The notes beneath the pieces are model-generated. The model made no database searches, had not been told where the DNA came from, and saw only the letters and a program-made list of their open reading frames with translations. 33,136 bases of DNA from an uncultured bacterium. GTDB lineage: Bacteria > Lernaellota > Lernaellaia > Lernaellales > Lernaellaceae. Positions 9,497 through 17,386 of the stretch are shown in pieces. Where the stretch lies: assembly GCA_964534375.1 (NCBI GenBank), contig CAZHPN010000053.1, forward strand, positions 1 to 33,136, read 5' to 3'. Within the stretch, counting starts at the first letter, position 1. Each line of letters begins with the position of its first letter. Position numbers and translations under genes: made by a program.

Positions 9497-10399
9497 TCAC
9501 GCGGCATTCATCGCCAGCGCGATGGCGCCCAGGACGCCGGCGCGATTGCCGAGCGCGGGGCCGACCAGATAATGGTCGATGTCTCGCAGAATCCGGTCGG
9601 TTCGGAGGTAGCCGGCCAGAAGTCCCAGAGTCTTTTCGCGCACGCGCGGCAACAGGCGCGGCTGCTGCATGACGCCGCCGCCCAGCACAATGCACTGCGG
9701 CGACAGGGTGCAGGCCAGGTTCGCCGCTTCCCAGGCGAGATAGCCGGCTTCCATTTCCCACGCCGAGTGGTCGGCCGGCAAGGCCTCGGGGCTTGCGCCC
9801 CAGCGCAATTCCATCGCGCGCCCGGACGCCAGCCCTTCCAAACAGTCGCCGTGAAACGGGCAGGCGCCCGCAAACGGATCGGCCGCGCGGTCGTGCGGCG
9901 GCCGCGTGTGACCCATTTCCGGATGCACGAGGCCGTGCAACGGCCGGCCGCCGATCGCCACGCCGCCGCCGATGCCGGTTCCGACTGTCACGTAAACGAC
10001 CACCTCGAGACCCTGCGCCGCGCCCCAGCGCCATTCGGCGAGCGCCGCGCCGTTGACGTCGGTGTCGAAGCGGATCGGGCACGAGAAGGCGCGGCCGATG
10101 CGTCCGACAAAATCCGTGTCGGCCCAGCCGGGCTTCGGCGTGCTCGTGATGCGACCGTATGTCGGCGACCCGGGAAACGGGTCGAGCGGGCCGAACGACG
10201 CGATCCCGATGCCGGCCAGCGGGCCATGCACGGCCTCTTGCCGGCGCAGGAAATCGATCGCCAGGCCGATCGTCTCGTCGGGCGTCGTGGTCGGAATCCG
10301 GATCTCAGCCCGGATGTCGTCGGGGCCCGCGCCGACCGCGCAGACGAATTTCGTGCCGCCCGCCTCGATGCCGCCGTACAACAAACTCACCTTTTTCAT
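9497..10399 (-). CDS. scrK: ROK-family fructokinase
   Basis: [56 protein letters not shown] (Zn motif of ROK fructokinases). Confidence 0.9.
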   Translation of the reverse strand: MKKVSLLYGGIEAGGTKFVCAVGAGPDDIRAEIRIPTTTPDETIGLAIDFLRRQEAVHGPLAGIGIASFGPLDPFPGSPTYGRITSTPKPGWADTDFVGRIGRAFSCPIRFDTDVNGAALAEWRWGAAQGLEVVVYVTVGTGIGGGVAIGGRPLHGLVHPEMGHTRPPHDRAADPFAGACPFHGDCLEGLASGRAMELRWGASPEALPADHSAWEMEAGYLAWEAANLACTLSPQCIVLGGGVMQQPRLLPRVREKTLGLLAGYLRTDRILRDIDHYLVGPALGNRAGVLGAIALAMNAA

Positions 10400-10403
10400 C
10401 CTT

Positions 10404-11468
10404 TTATTCGCCGGGCAGCGGGCCGGCCTTGATGGTGTTGCCGCGAATCTCCAGCTCGAACGGCGAGGTGATCTTGCCGCAGAACTTGCGCGAGCCGGGA
10501 GCGGCGAGCAGCCAGGCCATCGCTCGCCACGGCCCCGCCGGCGAATCCGGCGGAATGGCGCGCGCCACGTACGCGCCGGAATCGTCGCCGAGAATCACGC
10601 CGTTGCCGTTGACCGGTTCGTACGGGCCTTCCAGCCGGTTCGCCGCGTAGCCGTGAACGCCGGTCTGCGCCGCGCCGCTTTCGCGCGCCCAATCGGGGTG
10701 GACCCAGCCGGCGAGGGTGGAAAAAATGATGTAAAACAGCCCGTCTTTTTGAAAAAGCTGCGGGCATTCCAGGTGGGAATAACGGCCCGGCGGCAGCAAC
10801 GGCGGATGAACCTCCCACGCGCTGAAATCCCCCGACGTGGCCAGGGCGAGGCAGCCGCGGCCGGCCGGCGAACGCGGCGCCGTCCGCCGCACCGCGCGGC
10901 CGAAGCGAGGCATGGTCGCCAGGTCGAGCGCCTGCCGGACGCTTTCCCACCAGCCGCGCGCGTCGGCCGGCGGCGCGGCGGTCGCCGTGACGAGCGCGCC
11001 GATCCGGCCGTCGGTTGGGAAGAGAAACGGGTCGCGCCAATCCTCGACGGGGGCCAGGCGGCGCGATTTTGCGTACCAGCGCGCGTCGGCGCACATAACA
11101 GGATTGGCCGGGTGCTTCGCGAAATGTTGGAGGTCATCGGAGACGGCCAGCCCGATCCGCTGCACCAACGAACGGCGCCGCTCCAGCGCCGTGTACAGGA
11201 ACCAGTAGCGGCCGTCGCGCTCGAGAATGGAGCCGGTCCAAATCGCCTGGTCGTCCCATTCGCCCTTGGGGCCGGGCGCCAGTGCGGTCCCGCGATATTC
11301 CCAATGCGTCAGGTCGTGCGAAAACGCGTGCCCCACGGAAGCATGAAAATGCCGCAGACCCGCCGGCAGACGGCGCGGCGCTTGCAGGTGGAATAAATGA
11401 TATCCATCCGGCGTCGGGACCAACCAAAAGTCCCAGGCGTATTGACCGGGCGGGGCGTAGAGCGGCAC
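10404..11468 (-). CDS. GH32/GH68-clan (GH-J) beta-fructofuranosidase-like glycoside hydrolase
   Basis: WDFW (nucleophile), WTGS, WRDPF, LECPQ catalytic motifs. Likely GTG start at 11468 with GGAG RBS; stop lies 4 nt from the fructokinase start. Confidence 0.82.
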   Translation of the reverse strand: MPLYAPPGQYAWDFWLVPTPDGYHLFHLQAPRRLPAGLRHFHASVGHAFSHDLTHWEYRGTALAPGPKGEWDDQAIWTGSILERDGRYWFLYTALERRRSLVQRIGLAVSDDLQHFAKHPANPVMCADARWYAKSRRLAPVEDWRDPFLFPTDGRIGALVTATAAPPADARGWWESVRQALDLATMPRFGRAVRRTAPRSPAGRGCLALATSGDFSAWEVHPPLLPPGRYSHLECPQLFQKDGLFYIIFSTLAGWVHPDWARESGAAQTGVHGYAANRLEGPYEPVNGNGVILGDDSGAYVARAIPPDSPAGPWRAMAWLLAAPGSRKFCGKITSPFELEIRGNTIKAGPLPGE

Positions 11469-11482
11469 AGCAGGTCTCCGCG

Positions 11483-11905
11483 CTAGGCCGGAAACGCATC
11501 CTTTGAGCGCATTTCTTCGAGATTGGCGACGATGCGCGGCAGGTCGCTGCCGGGAATGCTCACCATGACGCCGTCGGGCCCGAGTTTCAGTTGCGGGCGC
11601 GAGCCGACGTCGCCGAAGCCGTACGCGACCTTGCCGGTCAGATACGGAATCGCGGCCATCGAGCTGCAAATCGGCCCGGCGTCGGCGTGCAGGCCGCAGT
11701 ATTTCGCGCCGCCCATGCATTCTTCTTCCTCGATGGTCGAGTAGAAGCACGGACCCTGGGCGGCGAGGGCGAGCTTTGCGCAGAAGCGGGCTTTCTTCTC
11801 TACTTTGGCGATGTCGTTCGGCGCTTTGGTGAACCAGGCCAGCGCCACCGGTTCGCGCTCCAAACCGAGCAGCCGTTTCAATCCGCCGCGTGTTTCGCTG
11901 GTCAT
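11483..11905 (-). CDS. DUF169-like protein, apparently internally shortened (140 aa; possible pseudogene)
   Basis: LGLEREPVA, RFC..L..A..G, C.GG...CGL, ICS....IPYLTGK..YGFGD.GSR....L..D.....IP motifs resemble DUF169. GAGG RBS before ATG 11905. Confidence 0.65.
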   Translation of the reverse strand: MTSETRGGLKRLLGLEREPVALAWFTKAPNDIAKVEKKARFCAKLALAAQGPCFYSTIEEEECMGGAKYCGLHADAGPICSSMAAIPYLTGKVAYGFGDVGSRPQLKLGPDGVMVSIPGSDLPRIVANLEEMRSKDAFPA

Positions 11906-11930
11906 CGTCACTGCCTCATTTCCTGCCCAA

Positions 11931-11979
11931 CGGACCACTGACCACGGGCCACTGGCCACGGACCACTGGCCGCCGGCTA
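11931..11979 (-). repeat. Heptamer tandem array (TGGCCAG/TGGTCCG on minus strand, 7 units)
   Basis: cggacca ctgacca cgggcca ctggcca cggacca ctggccg ccggcta, abutting the stop at 11977. Confidence 0.75.
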
Positions 11980-12990
11980 CTTGCCGGTGTAATGCAAGAT
12001 CGTCCCGACGCTGCCCACGACAAAGACGTCCGCGTCCGAACTTCCCCAAATGCCGTACAACAGACTCGCCGTTCCGGTCGGCATCGGCGTCCAGGCCGAA
12101 CCGTCGTAGTGCTGGACGGTCCCCGCCAGCCCGACGGCGAACACGTCCGTGGCGGAGGTTCCCCAAACGGCGGACAAATCCTCGGCGGTGTCGACCGTCA
12201 TCGGCGACCACGCGGAGCCGTTGTAGTGCTGAATGACCCCCGTGGTTTGATCGAGGTCGAAGCCCACGGCAAACACGTCGGAGGGCGAGCTTCCCCAGAC
12301 GCCCGAAAATGTCCCGGCCGCGCCCGGCGTCATCGCCGCCCACGAGGCGCCATTGAAATGCAGGATCGCGCCGTCGCCGGTGGAGTCGACGCCCACGGCG
12401 AACACGTCGGAGGCCGAACTGCCCCACACGCCGGCGAAATCCGCGGTCGAGTTGGTCGTCATCGGCGCCCAGGCGGAGTCGGCGTAGAGGAAGATGTTGC
12501 CTTGATTGCCGACGGCGAACACGAGGGAGGCCGAGGCGCCCCAGACGCCGGTGAAATCCGTGTTCGCGCTGTTGGTCATCGTCGACCACGAGGCGCCGTC
12601 GTAGTGCAGAATCGTATCGTTATTGCCGACGGCGAAGATGTCCGAATCCGAACTGCCCCAGACGGCGACCAACCACTCGATCTTCGTGTTTTTCATCGTC
12701 GACCACGCGGCGCCGTTGTAATGCAAGATCACGCCGGAATTTCCCACGGCGAACACGTCCGAAGGAGATGTGCCCCAGACGCCGTTCAGGTCGTAGAACG
12801 TGCCGCTGGTCATCGGCGGCCATACGGCGCTGTCGTCGTCGGCGGGCGACTGGTCGTCGTCATCGTCGCTCGGCGACGCGTCGTCGTCGGTTGCGGCAGC
12901 GCTGCTGCTGCTGGAACTGCCGCAGGCGGCCGCGGCGGCGAACAGGGCGATCGTCAATAACGTCAGCAAGAACCAATTCGCGCGAATCAT
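11977..12990 (-). CDS. Lipoprotein with Ser/Asp linker and 7-repeat WGSS beta-propeller domain
   Basis: GAGGAG RBS; MIRANWFLL...FAAAAAC-GSSSSSS; DDDASPSDDDDDQSPADDD; 7 WG repeats. Confidence 0.88.
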   Translation of the reverse strand: MIRANWFLLTLLTIALFAAAAACGSSSSSSAAATDDDASPSDDDDDQSPADDDSAVWPPMTSGTFYDLNGVWGTSPSDVFAVGNSGVILHYNGAAWSTMKNTKIEWLVAVWGSSDSDIFAVGNNDTILHYDGASWSTMTNSANTDFTGVWGASASLVFAVGNQGNIFLYADSAWAPMTTNSTADFAGVWGSSASDVFAVGVDSTGDGAILHFNGASWAAMTPGAAGTFSGVWGSSPSDVFAVGFDLDQTTGVIQHYNGSAWSPMTVDTAEDLSAVWGTSATDVFAVGLAGTVQHYDGSAWTPMPTGTASLLYGIWGSSDADVFVVGSVGTILHYTGK

Positions 12991-13024
12991 GATTTCTCCT
13001 CGATTTCAGACGAGCAAGGGTGAA

Positions 13025-13046
13025 GGATAGGCGCCCCCGCCTGTCC
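13025..13046. repeat. REP-like short palindrome
   Basis: ggataggcg-cccc-cgcctgtcc inverted repeat in the intergenic gap. Confidence 0.45.
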
Positions 13047-13072
13047 GGTGTCGTTCATGTTGATCAGTCGAT

Positions 13073-13107
13073 ATTCCGCATTCCGCATTCCGCATTCGCC
13101 ATTCCAC
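13073..13107 (-). repeat. Heptamer tandem array (ATTCCGC/GCGGAAT, 5 units)
   Basis: attccgc attccgc attccgc attcgcc attccac, just downstream of the stop at 13116. Confidence 0.8.
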
Positions 13108-13115
13108 GGTCCCAT

Positions 13116-14165
13116 TCAGTTGCCGCTGTAATGGAGAATTGTCCCGGCCACGCCCACGGCGAACACGTCATCGGCGGCGCTGCCCCAGACGCCGAACAAA
13201 TCGGCGGTCGCGGCGGCGGTCATCGGCGCCCACGCGGAGCCGTCATATTGCTCGACGAGGCCGGCTTCGCCGACGGCGAAGACATTCGTCGCGGCGCTGC
13301 CCCAGACACCGTACAACGACTCCCCGGTTCCGCTGGTCATCGCCGACCAGGCGGAGCCGTTGTAACTCAGAATTGCGCCGGAATTGCCGACGACGAAAAC
13401 GTTCGCGGCGGCGCTTCCCCAGGCGCTTTCCAAGTTGGCCGTCGAGCCGCTGGTCATCGCCGACCAGGAGGAGCCGTTGTAGTTCAGGATCACGCCGGCG
13501 ACGGCGGCGCTGTCGAAGCCGACGGCGAACACGTCCGTGCTCGAGACGCCCCAGACGCCGGACAAATAATCCGTCGGCGACCCGCCCGTCATCGCGGACC
13601 ACGCCGAGCCGTCATAATGCACAATCACGCCGAGGTCGCCGACGACGAACACATCGGAAGCGGAGGTTCCCCAGACGCCGTACAAGCCCGAGTTCACGCC
13701 GCTGGTCATCGGCGACCAGGAGGAGCCGTCGTAGTGCAAAACCACGCCCACGAAAGTCGTGGTGTCCGTGCCGACCGCAAACGCGTCGTGGGCGGCGTCG
13801 GCCCAGACGCCGTTCAGTTCGGCCGTCGTCCCGCTGGGCTGCACCGACCATGCGGAGCCGTCGTAGTGCAGAATCAAGCCGGCGTAGCCCACGGCGAAGA
13901 CGTCGGAGGCGGACGTTCCGGAAACGCCGTTCAGATTCGTCGTCGTGCCGCTGTTCATCGCGGTCCAGGCGGGTGCCGTGTCGTCATCGTCGTCCGGCGA
14001 GGCGTCGTCGTCGGCCGGCGACGAATCGTCGTCGTCGTCCGTCGTGTCGTTGTCATCGTCGATCGCCGGCTGGCTGCTGCTGCTGGAAGACTTGCCGCAG
14101 GCGAACGCGCAGGCAAGCAACACAACGGTCAGCAGAAGCAAGAGAAACAGACGGCCGTGATTCAT
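13116..14165 (-). CDS. Lipoprotein with Ser/Asp linker and 7-repeat WGSS beta-propeller domain
   Basis: GGAGG RBS; LACAFAC-GKSSSSS lipobox; poly-Asp linker; 7 repeats. Confidence 0.88.
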   Translation of the reverse strand: MNHGRLFLLLLLTVVLLACAFACGKSSSSSSQPAIDDDNDTTDDDDDSSPADDDASPDDDDDTAPAWTAMNSGTTTNLNGVSGTSASDVFAVGYAGLILHYDGSAWSVQPSGTTAELNGVWADAAHDAFAVGTDTTTFVGVVLHYDGSSWSPMTSGVNSGLYGVWGTSASDVFVVGDLGVIVHYDGSAWSAMTGGSPTDYLSGVWGVSSTDVFAVGFDSAAVAGVILNYNGSSWSAMTSGSTANLESAWGSAAANVFVVGNSGAILSYNGSAWSAMTSGTGESLYGVWGSAATNVFAVGEAGLVEQYDGSAWAPMTAAATADLFGVWGSAADDVFAVGVAGTILHYSGN

Positions 14166-14233
14166 CGCGATCCCTCCGGGCGTATGCCTATCCTCAAGTC
14201 GGTCGAAAGATCGAGAAACGTTTGTTGTTTTCT

Positions 14234-14263
14234 ATAACTACGCGACCCGGGCCGCCCTGTCAA
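14234..14263 (-). promoter_or_regulatory. Putative promoter TTGACA-N17-TAGTTA(T)
   Basis: Perfect TTGACA about 95 nt upstream of the 14165 start; same layout as the motif at 15764-15793. Confidence 0.45.
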
Positions 14264-14407
14264 CGTTCCTGCGCCAAAGTTGCGCGGTTCGGGTCGGCTG
14301 GCGAACGGCGAAAACTGAACTCTTGAAGGCGGCTTCGCTTGATGCCCGCTCACCCGCTCAGTCTCCCAGGCCCCAGCCTCTCAGCCTGCCCGTTCTCCCG
14401 ACCTCGT

Positions 14408-15691
14408 TCAGCCTCCGTAGTGCAAGATCGTGCCGCCCGTGCCGACGGCGAACACGTCCGTCGCCGAACTGCCCCAAACGCCCATCAGCAGCGCGTGAAG
14501 CGCCTGATCGAACACGATCGACCACACGGCGCCGTCGTAATGCAAAATCGAGCCCCGGAAGCCCCAGCCCGCGTACAACACGCCCCCGACGGCGTACACG
14601 TCGGAGTGCGCGTCGCCCCAGGCCCGCGACATGGCCAGCGCGGCCGGACACGACATCGGCGACCAGGAGGACCCGTCGTAGTGCTCAATCAGCGCCTGAC
14701 CGCCGTTGTTCGTGCCGACCGCAAAAATGTCGCTGGGTCCGGTCCCCCAGAGGCCGCCCAAATAGGCATCGGGGATGGTCTGCTGGCCCCATCCCGACCC
14801 GTCATAGTGCAAGATGACCCCGTTGTCGGCGAGGGCGTACACGTCGCTGCCGGAAGCGCCCCATAAACCGAGAACTTCGTAAGGCGCGCCAGCGGCGCCG
14901 GCGTAGCTCGACGACCACGAAGCGCCGTCGTAGCGCAGCACGACCGCGCCGGTCGGCGTGTCGTCGTCATCGCCCCATGGTCCATAGCTGCCGCCGCCGA
15001 CGAAGACGTCGTCGGGCGAATCGCCCCAGACCGCGTAAAAGGCCAGGTATTGTTGGTCCGTCACGGACGTCCACGAGCTGCCGTCAAAATGAAGAATGAT
15101 CCCGTCGTGGATGAGGTTCCAGTCCGTGCCCACCGCAAAGACGTCGGTGCTCGCCGCCCCCCAAATGTCGGAAAGACCGAACGTCGTGCCGCTGGTCATC
15201 GCCGACCAGGACGCGCCGTCATAATGCAAAATCGTGCCCTCGTCGCCCACCGCGAAAACGTCGCTCGCCGCGGTTCCCCAAACGTTGTTCAGAGCCAGCG
15301 CCGTGCCGCTGGTCATTTCGCCCCAGGGCGAGATATCGTCGTCCGGCGGCGTCAAATCATCATCGCTCGGCGGCAGCGTATCATCGTCGCTCGGCGGCAG
15401 CGTATCATCGTCGCTCGGCGGCGTGGAATCGTCATCGTCAGGCGGGGTGGCGTCGTCGTCGGGCGGGGTGGCGTCATCGTCGGGCGGGGTGGAATCGTCA
15501 TCGTCGGGCGGGGTGGAATCGTCATCGTCGGGCGGCGTCAAATCGTCGTCGTCGTCGGGCGTGGCGTCGTTGTCATCGTCGTCTGCCGGGCCAATGTCGT
15601 CGTCGCCCGCATGATGCTGCGGCGCGCAGGCGCCGCCGGCGAGCAACACGGCCGCGAACAGAAACAACACCAACCAACGATTGCGTTTCAC
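14408..15691 (-). CDS. Lipoprotein with long Pro/Asp tandem-repeat linker and 7-repeat WGSS beta-propeller domain
   Basis: GTG start at 15691 with GGAGG RBS (VKRNRWLVLFLFAAVLLAGGAC); (TPPDDDDS)n linker; 7 repeats. Confidence 0.86.
   Translation of the reverse strand: MKRNRWLVLFLFAAVLLAGGACAPQHHAGDDDIGPADDDDNDATPDDDDDLTPPDDDDSTPPDDDDSTPPDDDATPPDDDATPPDDDDSTPPSDDDTLPPSDDDTLPPSDDDLTPPDDDISPWGEMTSGTALALNNVWGTAASDVFAVGDEGTILHYDGASWSAMTSGTTFGLSDIWGAASTDVFAVGTDWNLIHDGIILHFDGSSWTSVTDQQYLAFYAVWGDSPDDVFVGGGSYGPWGDDDDTPTGAVVLRYDGASWSSSYAGAAGAPYEVLGLWGASGSDVYALADNGVILHYDGSGWGQQTIPDAYLGGLWGTGPSDIFAVGTNNGGQALIEHYDGSSWSPMSCPAALAMSRAWGDAHSDVYAVGGVLYAGWGFRGSILHYDGAVWSIVFDQALHALLMGVWGSSATDVFAVGTGGTILHYGG
15335..15565 (-). 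repeat. Intragenic 21/24-bp tandem repeats encoding PPDDDDST / PPSDDDTL / PPDDDAT
   Basis: About 9 near-identical consecutive units visible in both DNA and protein. Confidence 0.85.
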
Positions 15692-15763
15692 GGCATAACC
15701 TCCCATTGTCGGCGCCTTTTCGGAACCCCTGTGAAGATGTCCCAATAGGCGGTTATTTGATCC

Positions 15764-15793
15764 ATAGCTACGCTTGCGGGGACATTCTGTCAA
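15764..15793 (-). promoter_or_regulatory. Putative promoter TTGACA-N17-TAGCTA(T)
   Basis: Perfect TTGACA about 100 nt upstream of the 15691 start; shares GCGTAGYTAT with the 14234-14263 motif at identical spacing. Confidence 0.45.
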
Positions 15794-15859
15794 GATCATG
15801 AGGGCCGTCAATCGCTGGGCCCGTCAGAAAATTCGCATGAAACTCCGCATCAAGCGCGG

Positions 15860-17230
15860 CTATTCCCCGCGAGGGGGCAGGGGAATATCAAACTTCTTTA
15901 GGCGATACAGCAGGATGTGCCGCGGGATGCCGAGAAAGCGCGCGGTTTTCGTCTGATTGTAATGGTTCATCTTCAGCGCCTCGACGATCACGTTGCGTTC
16001 CAGGTCGACGAGGTTGACGCCGGTCGCGGGCAGCTTGATCGCCTCCGCGTCGCTCATGGCGGCGGCGGGCGGGGGCGGCGCCGACCACGGCGGCAGCAGC
16101 TCCGGGCCGATTTCCTCGGTTTCGGCGAGCAGCGCCAGCCGCTGGCAGAGGTTCTCCAACTCGCGGACGTTGCCCGGCCAGGCGTGGGCGAGCAGCGCCC
16201 GGCGGGCGTCCTCGGCCAGATGCAGCGGCCGTTCCGGGCTGAACCGCGCGAGAAAATAGTCGGCCAGCAACGGGATGTCCTCCGGCCGGTCGCGCAACGC
16301 CGGCATCGGCGCCGCGACGACGTTCAGGCGATAGAACAGATCCTGCCGGAAACGGCCGGCGGCGACCGCTTGCGCGAGATCCTGGTTCGTGGCGGCGACG
16401 ACGCGCACGTCGACCGTTTGCGGCTGCTCCTTGCCGACGACGTCGATCGTCCGTTCGGAAAGCGCGCGCAGCAACTTGCTCTGCATCGGCAAGGGCAGTT
16501 CGCTGATTTCGTCGAGGAACAGCGTGCCCTGATGCGCCTGCTCGAATTTGCCCTTGCGGTCGCGGACGGCGCCGGTGAATGCGCCTTTGACGTGGCCGAA
16601 CAGCTCGCTTTCGATCAGTTCGTGCGGCAGCGCGCCGCAATTGACGGCGACGAAGGCCTTTTCGCGCCGGTTGCTTTTGCGGTGCAGCCGCTGGGCGAGC
16701 AACTCTTTGCCGACGCCGCTCTCGCCCATGATCAGCACGGTGGCGGGCGAGGGCGCGACGCGGTCGATCAGGGCGACGACCTCGCTCATGCGCGCCGAGC
16801 GGAAGATCAACTCCCGCGCGCCGCTGGCGACGACCGATTCGAGTTCGCGGACGCGGGCAGCGAGCGCCGTGTGCGCCAGCGCCTTGCGGATCGTGAGTTT
16901 AAAATGCTCCTTGCCGCAGGGCTTGGGGATGAAATCGAACGCGCCGGCCTTCATCGCTTCGACGGCCATTTCGATGTCGCCGAACGCGGTGATCATGACA
17001 ACCGCCGTTTCGGGGCTGCGTTCTTTCAGGCGGCGCAGCAACTCCAGGCCGTCCATCTTCGGCATCTTGAAATCGGTGACGACCGCGCCGTGCAGCGCCG
17101 GGTCGAACAGCGCCAGCGCGGCCGGGCCGTCCGCTGCCGCGTCGGCCTCGACGCCGTCCTCGTGCAAATGAAATTGCATCACTTCGCGAAAACTGTCGTC
17201 ATCGTCGACGATCAAAACGCGGTTCATCAA
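15860..17230 (-). CDS. Sigma54-dependent response regulator (NtrC/AtoC/ZraR family: REC - AAA+ - Fis HTH)
   Basis: VLIVDDD, TDFKMPKMDG, GESGVGKE, GAFTGA, LFLDEI, WPGNVREL, C-terminal NQTKTARFLGI HTH. Confidence 0.93.
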   Translation of the reverse strand: MMNRVLIVDDDDSFREVMQFHLHEDGVEADAAADGPAALALFDPALHGAVVTDFKMPKMDGLELLRRLKERSPETAVVMITAFGDIEMAVEAMKAGAFDFIPKPCGKEHFKLTIRKALAHTALAARVRELESVVASGARELIFRSARMSEVVALIDRVAPSPATVLIMGESGVGKELLAQRLHRKSNRREKAFVAVNCGALPHELIESELFGHVKGAFTGAVRDRKGKFEQAHQGTLFLDEISELPLPMQSKLLRALSERTIDVVGKEQPQTVDVRVVAATNQDLAQAVAAGRFRQDLFYRLNVVAAPMPALRDRPEDIPLLADYFLARFSPERPLHLAEDARRALLAHAWPGNVRELENLCQRLALLAETEEIGPELLPPWSAPPPPAAAMSDAEAIKLPATGVNLVDLERNVIVEALKMNHYNQTKTARFLGIPRHILLYRLKKFDIPLPPRGE

Positions 17231-17272
17231 ATCTCCCCGGACTTCGTTGCGCTATGCAAAGGTTTTTGCTTC

Positions 17273-17340
17273 AACCACAGAGTCACAGAGATCACGGAAA
17301 AAAAAAGACGCGACTCTGTGTCCTCCGTGCCTCTGTGGTT
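17273..17340. repeat. Imperfect palindromic extragenic element (AACCACAGAG...CTCTGTGGTT)
   Basis: Arms aaccacagag-tcacagag-atcacgga and ctctgtgtc-ctccgtgc-ctctgtggtt around an A-run loop. Confidence 0.75.
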
Positions 17341-17341
17341 C

Positions 17342-17386
17342 AATCCGCATGCCGCATTCCGCATTCGCCATTCCGCATTCCGCATT
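17342..17386 (-). repeat. Heptamer tandem array (ATTCCGC, 6 units)
   Basis: aatccgc atgccgc attccgc attcgcc attccgc attccgc, abutting the stop at 17387. Confidence 0.8.

Noticed and set aside
9310..9507. Extended N-termini from the ORF track (also 11750, 12589, 15811, 23688, 25229, 27250, 28798, 31875)
   Set aside because: They overlap neighbouring genes or repeats; downstream starts fit better with RBS, signal peptides or family alignment.
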